This document shows positions 61,450 through 64,000 of a DNA stretch of 64,000 nt, in pieces. Numbering within the stretch: the stretch's first letter is position 1; each line of letters opens with the position of its first letter. The translations under genes were made by a program, and so were the position numbers. The notes under the pieces were generated by a model, which saw only the letters and a program-made list of their open reading frames with translations, searched no databases and was not told the origin of the DNA. Source of the DNA: Hamiltosporidium tvaerminnensis FI-OER-3-3 (taxonomy: Eukaryota; Fungi; Microsporidia); contig CM061254.1 in assembly GCA_022605425.2 (NCBI GenBank), forward strand, positions 496,001 to 560,000, written 5' to 3'.

Positions 61450-63429
61450 CAAAAATATTAAAATTATGATAGAAAGCAAAAAACTGTATAAAAGTTGGAA
61501 TATAATGAAAAACCATTATGAATGCATAATGAAGAATCCCCTATCTTTCTTCTATTACGTATAAAAAACACATTCATTTAACTTCAAACATGTAATAACA
61601 CAAATAATTATAACATTGACACCTTCAAATTGTTTGAAACATATCCCCTCGCTTCTCTCAAAGTCTTTTTGTCAAGCTATGTGTGATATAAGAACCATCT
61701 ATTACTATGTTCATTCTTGAAGATAACAGGTTAATATAATTACAAAAAATAATTGATTTTTTAACGCGATATGTACGATTAAGTTCGATTTGTGTTTATT
61801 GAGACCAGAACTGCTTTTAAAAAACCAGAAAGAGCCGCAGTAAGATCTAAATTCGATTCAATAAGAAATTTTCATCTGAAGTAATTGTAGTATGGTAAAA
61901 AGATATATCATAAAATTGATCAAAAATGAATATGGATTAGATATAAAATGAAGAACGACGTAAATTAGTAATTATTTAAATTTACCATATAACCAATCGA
62001 TACCGCTTATACATACTCTTAAGTGATAAGTATTTAAGAAATAAAAATAATCGCTATAAAAATAATTGGAAATGTGGCGGTCAAAACTCAAAGGTCTCTT
62101 CTTAACGAGTTTGAACTTAGTAAAGGTTCAAATTTCATTGATCAAATGGCCTATAAAAATACAAACTTTCATAATTCTGGATTAATTGCGCTTACCCGCA
62201 TATTATAAAAGCTGAGCAATATTTCTATAACGAAAAGCAAATTACGAGAGTTTAGATAGGCTCGGAAAGAAAAATCCAAAGAAAAATTTCCAGTTAGTTC
62301 TTATTTAGGCTTTAAATGGGATTCGGAAAAGAGAAGACATAGGCTATAGTTAAACCGAATGGCTTCTAGAAAATACTCCAAGAGTTAGAGTCAATTTCTA
62401 TTCAGAACAATACGATTTCTGTAGAATGATACCAAAATGAATATAGTTTGAATTTTTATGTTAAAAGCATATATTTAAGAGTTTTAAATGCCGCCTAAAC
62501 GAAAATTGAAAGTTTGGGCTATTTCTGGATTTATATTTTTGTTAGCTATCTGATAATTTCAAACCATAGAATATGCTTGATTTTGATGAAATTGTGTGTT
62601 TTTGAAAAATATAATCAAACGTTCTAATATGATGAGGAGAAATACATTTCATATTAGATGATTAACTATCAACATTTTCACCAGTTGATGAGTTTAGAAA
62701 TATCATTAGTCAGATTATCACTAATTAGCTACGTGAATTAATGTTATTTTAAACATTTAAATCAAGAAACCTAGTAATTTTCACAACTGTCTTTATGATA
62801 TTGTAACAGTTATATGTTTATAAAGCCCCTGTTTCTTTCTAGCTCTACTGCTGTTTTGTATTTTATACAAAGTAACATGAAAAAAAGCTCTGAATATAGA
62901 CCAAACACATAGATTTCAACCTTCTATAAATTGATTTTAAAGTATGAAACAGAAGCGTTTGGTTAAGAGGAAAGGTGAAAATAGTTTAGATAAAATAAAT
63001 CTGTAACGTTAAAAACTATCCAATGGTACAACTGAACAAGATATCTTACAAAATCTTCGAAATTGCCGACTTCGAGACTAGATTAGCATGCATCTTATTT
63101 TTTGAATAATATTAGATGGTGCTGCTTAAAAAATTCTCAATTGAAATAAAAATGCCTTGAAAACTAGATAAATCGGCGAAGTTTTAATTCAACCGTGGGT
63201 TGTTTTCTCTCCTGCAAGGAAAGGAAGAAGCTATAAAAAAAGGGTTTTCGAGAATATTAAGATGTTTTAAGGCAAAATTATTCCCTTTGTAATCATATTA
63301 AAGCAAATTAAGGTGAAAACTTAATGTCTTGAAAAAAGGCTGTTCAATTTATCATCCATATTTTATAAAATTTTCTGAAATCTTGAACCTTTCTGATATA
63401 ATTCTGAAATTTGTTGATGCAGTCTTATA

Positions 63430-64000
63430 TAGGGTTTTTAGATCAATATAATAATCCTTGCAATCAATATAATAATCTTTTTTAAAAAATAATAATTGGA
63501 AAAAAAAATTTAAAAAATAGAAATTTAAAAAATAAAATTTTAAGTAGTACTTTAGATTTATTATTCAAGAATCACTTGCCTTACTTCAGCCTTTTGCGAA
63601 TATCCTAACATTTTACGGTAAAAAGAACTACAATGTTCTCCCGTGATCTCATTAAATTTTTCACAAATTAATATTCTCAAATGAGGCTCAGTACGAGCAC
63701 CACCTCGAATTACTTTATTTTTCTAGACTGATAATACATTCTCAATTGGATTAAGAAATGGAGAGTAAGGTGGAAGATATTTTATTCGATACGAAGCAAT
63801 TTCCTCATCATCATTCAATCCACGATAGTGATGAATTCTCGCATTGTCCATTACAAATATTGGAGTCAAAATTCCTTGCCTTTGACAGCTTTCATAAATC
63901 TCTTTAATAAATAATTTGAAATCCTCACCATTTACGGCTCTCTCATGAATCTTATGGTATATCATACCATATTTGTTCATTGCTGCGACTACTGAAATAT
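63430..64000 (-). mobile_element. Tc1/IS630-family DD34E transposon, 3' end (runs out of window)
   Basis: FVMDNARIH...YLPPYSPFLNPIE with 34 residues between D and E. Premature TAG (W expected) at 63723; frame continues to TAA 63561. Probable TIR with repeated atcaatataataatc near 63432-63478. Confidence 0.88.

Overview
AT-rich eukaryotic DNA with the hallmarks of a large-genome microsporidian: CCC/AAATTT signals just upstream of start codons, tiny 5'-biased GTAAGT introns, divergent conserved proteins and heavy TE load. A Hamiltosporidium-like lineage is plausible, but that is inference. Intact genes are a probable Cdt1 3' end, UBA3 (32-nt intron), a 793-aa LRR-like protein, CAF-1 p60/CAC2, a 63-aa Mpp6-like protein, two inverted near-identical CDC23/APC8 copies, RPS26 (31-nt intron), NEDD8/Rub1 (21-nt intron) and tRNA-Leu(TAG). 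The ORF track misses or truncates Cdt1, UBA3, RPS26 and NEDD8. Pseudogenes are an Rsp5/Nedd4-like WW-HECT ligase split by a retrotransposon, a ~7-kb Tom1/HUWE1-like HECT ligase and an LRR-like gene. Mobile DNA comprises six insertions of an RLE-type (R4/Dong-like) non-LTR retrotransposon, a decayed RTE LINE, a 229-bp RTE-derived SINE-like insert, a Merlin nested in an R4 copy and a Tc1/IS630 DD34E transposase. Most notable are (1) the R4-like element apparently begins exactly at its ATG (no 5' UTR) and its copies are mosaics, (2) an unclassified ~700-bp dispersed repeat has six copies and hosts the CDC23 duplication breakpoint, (3) the obligatory 21-nt intron in NEDD8, and (4) miniature or divergent Mpp6 and Cdt1. 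All alignments were made by eye, so boundaries of decayed elements are approximate.
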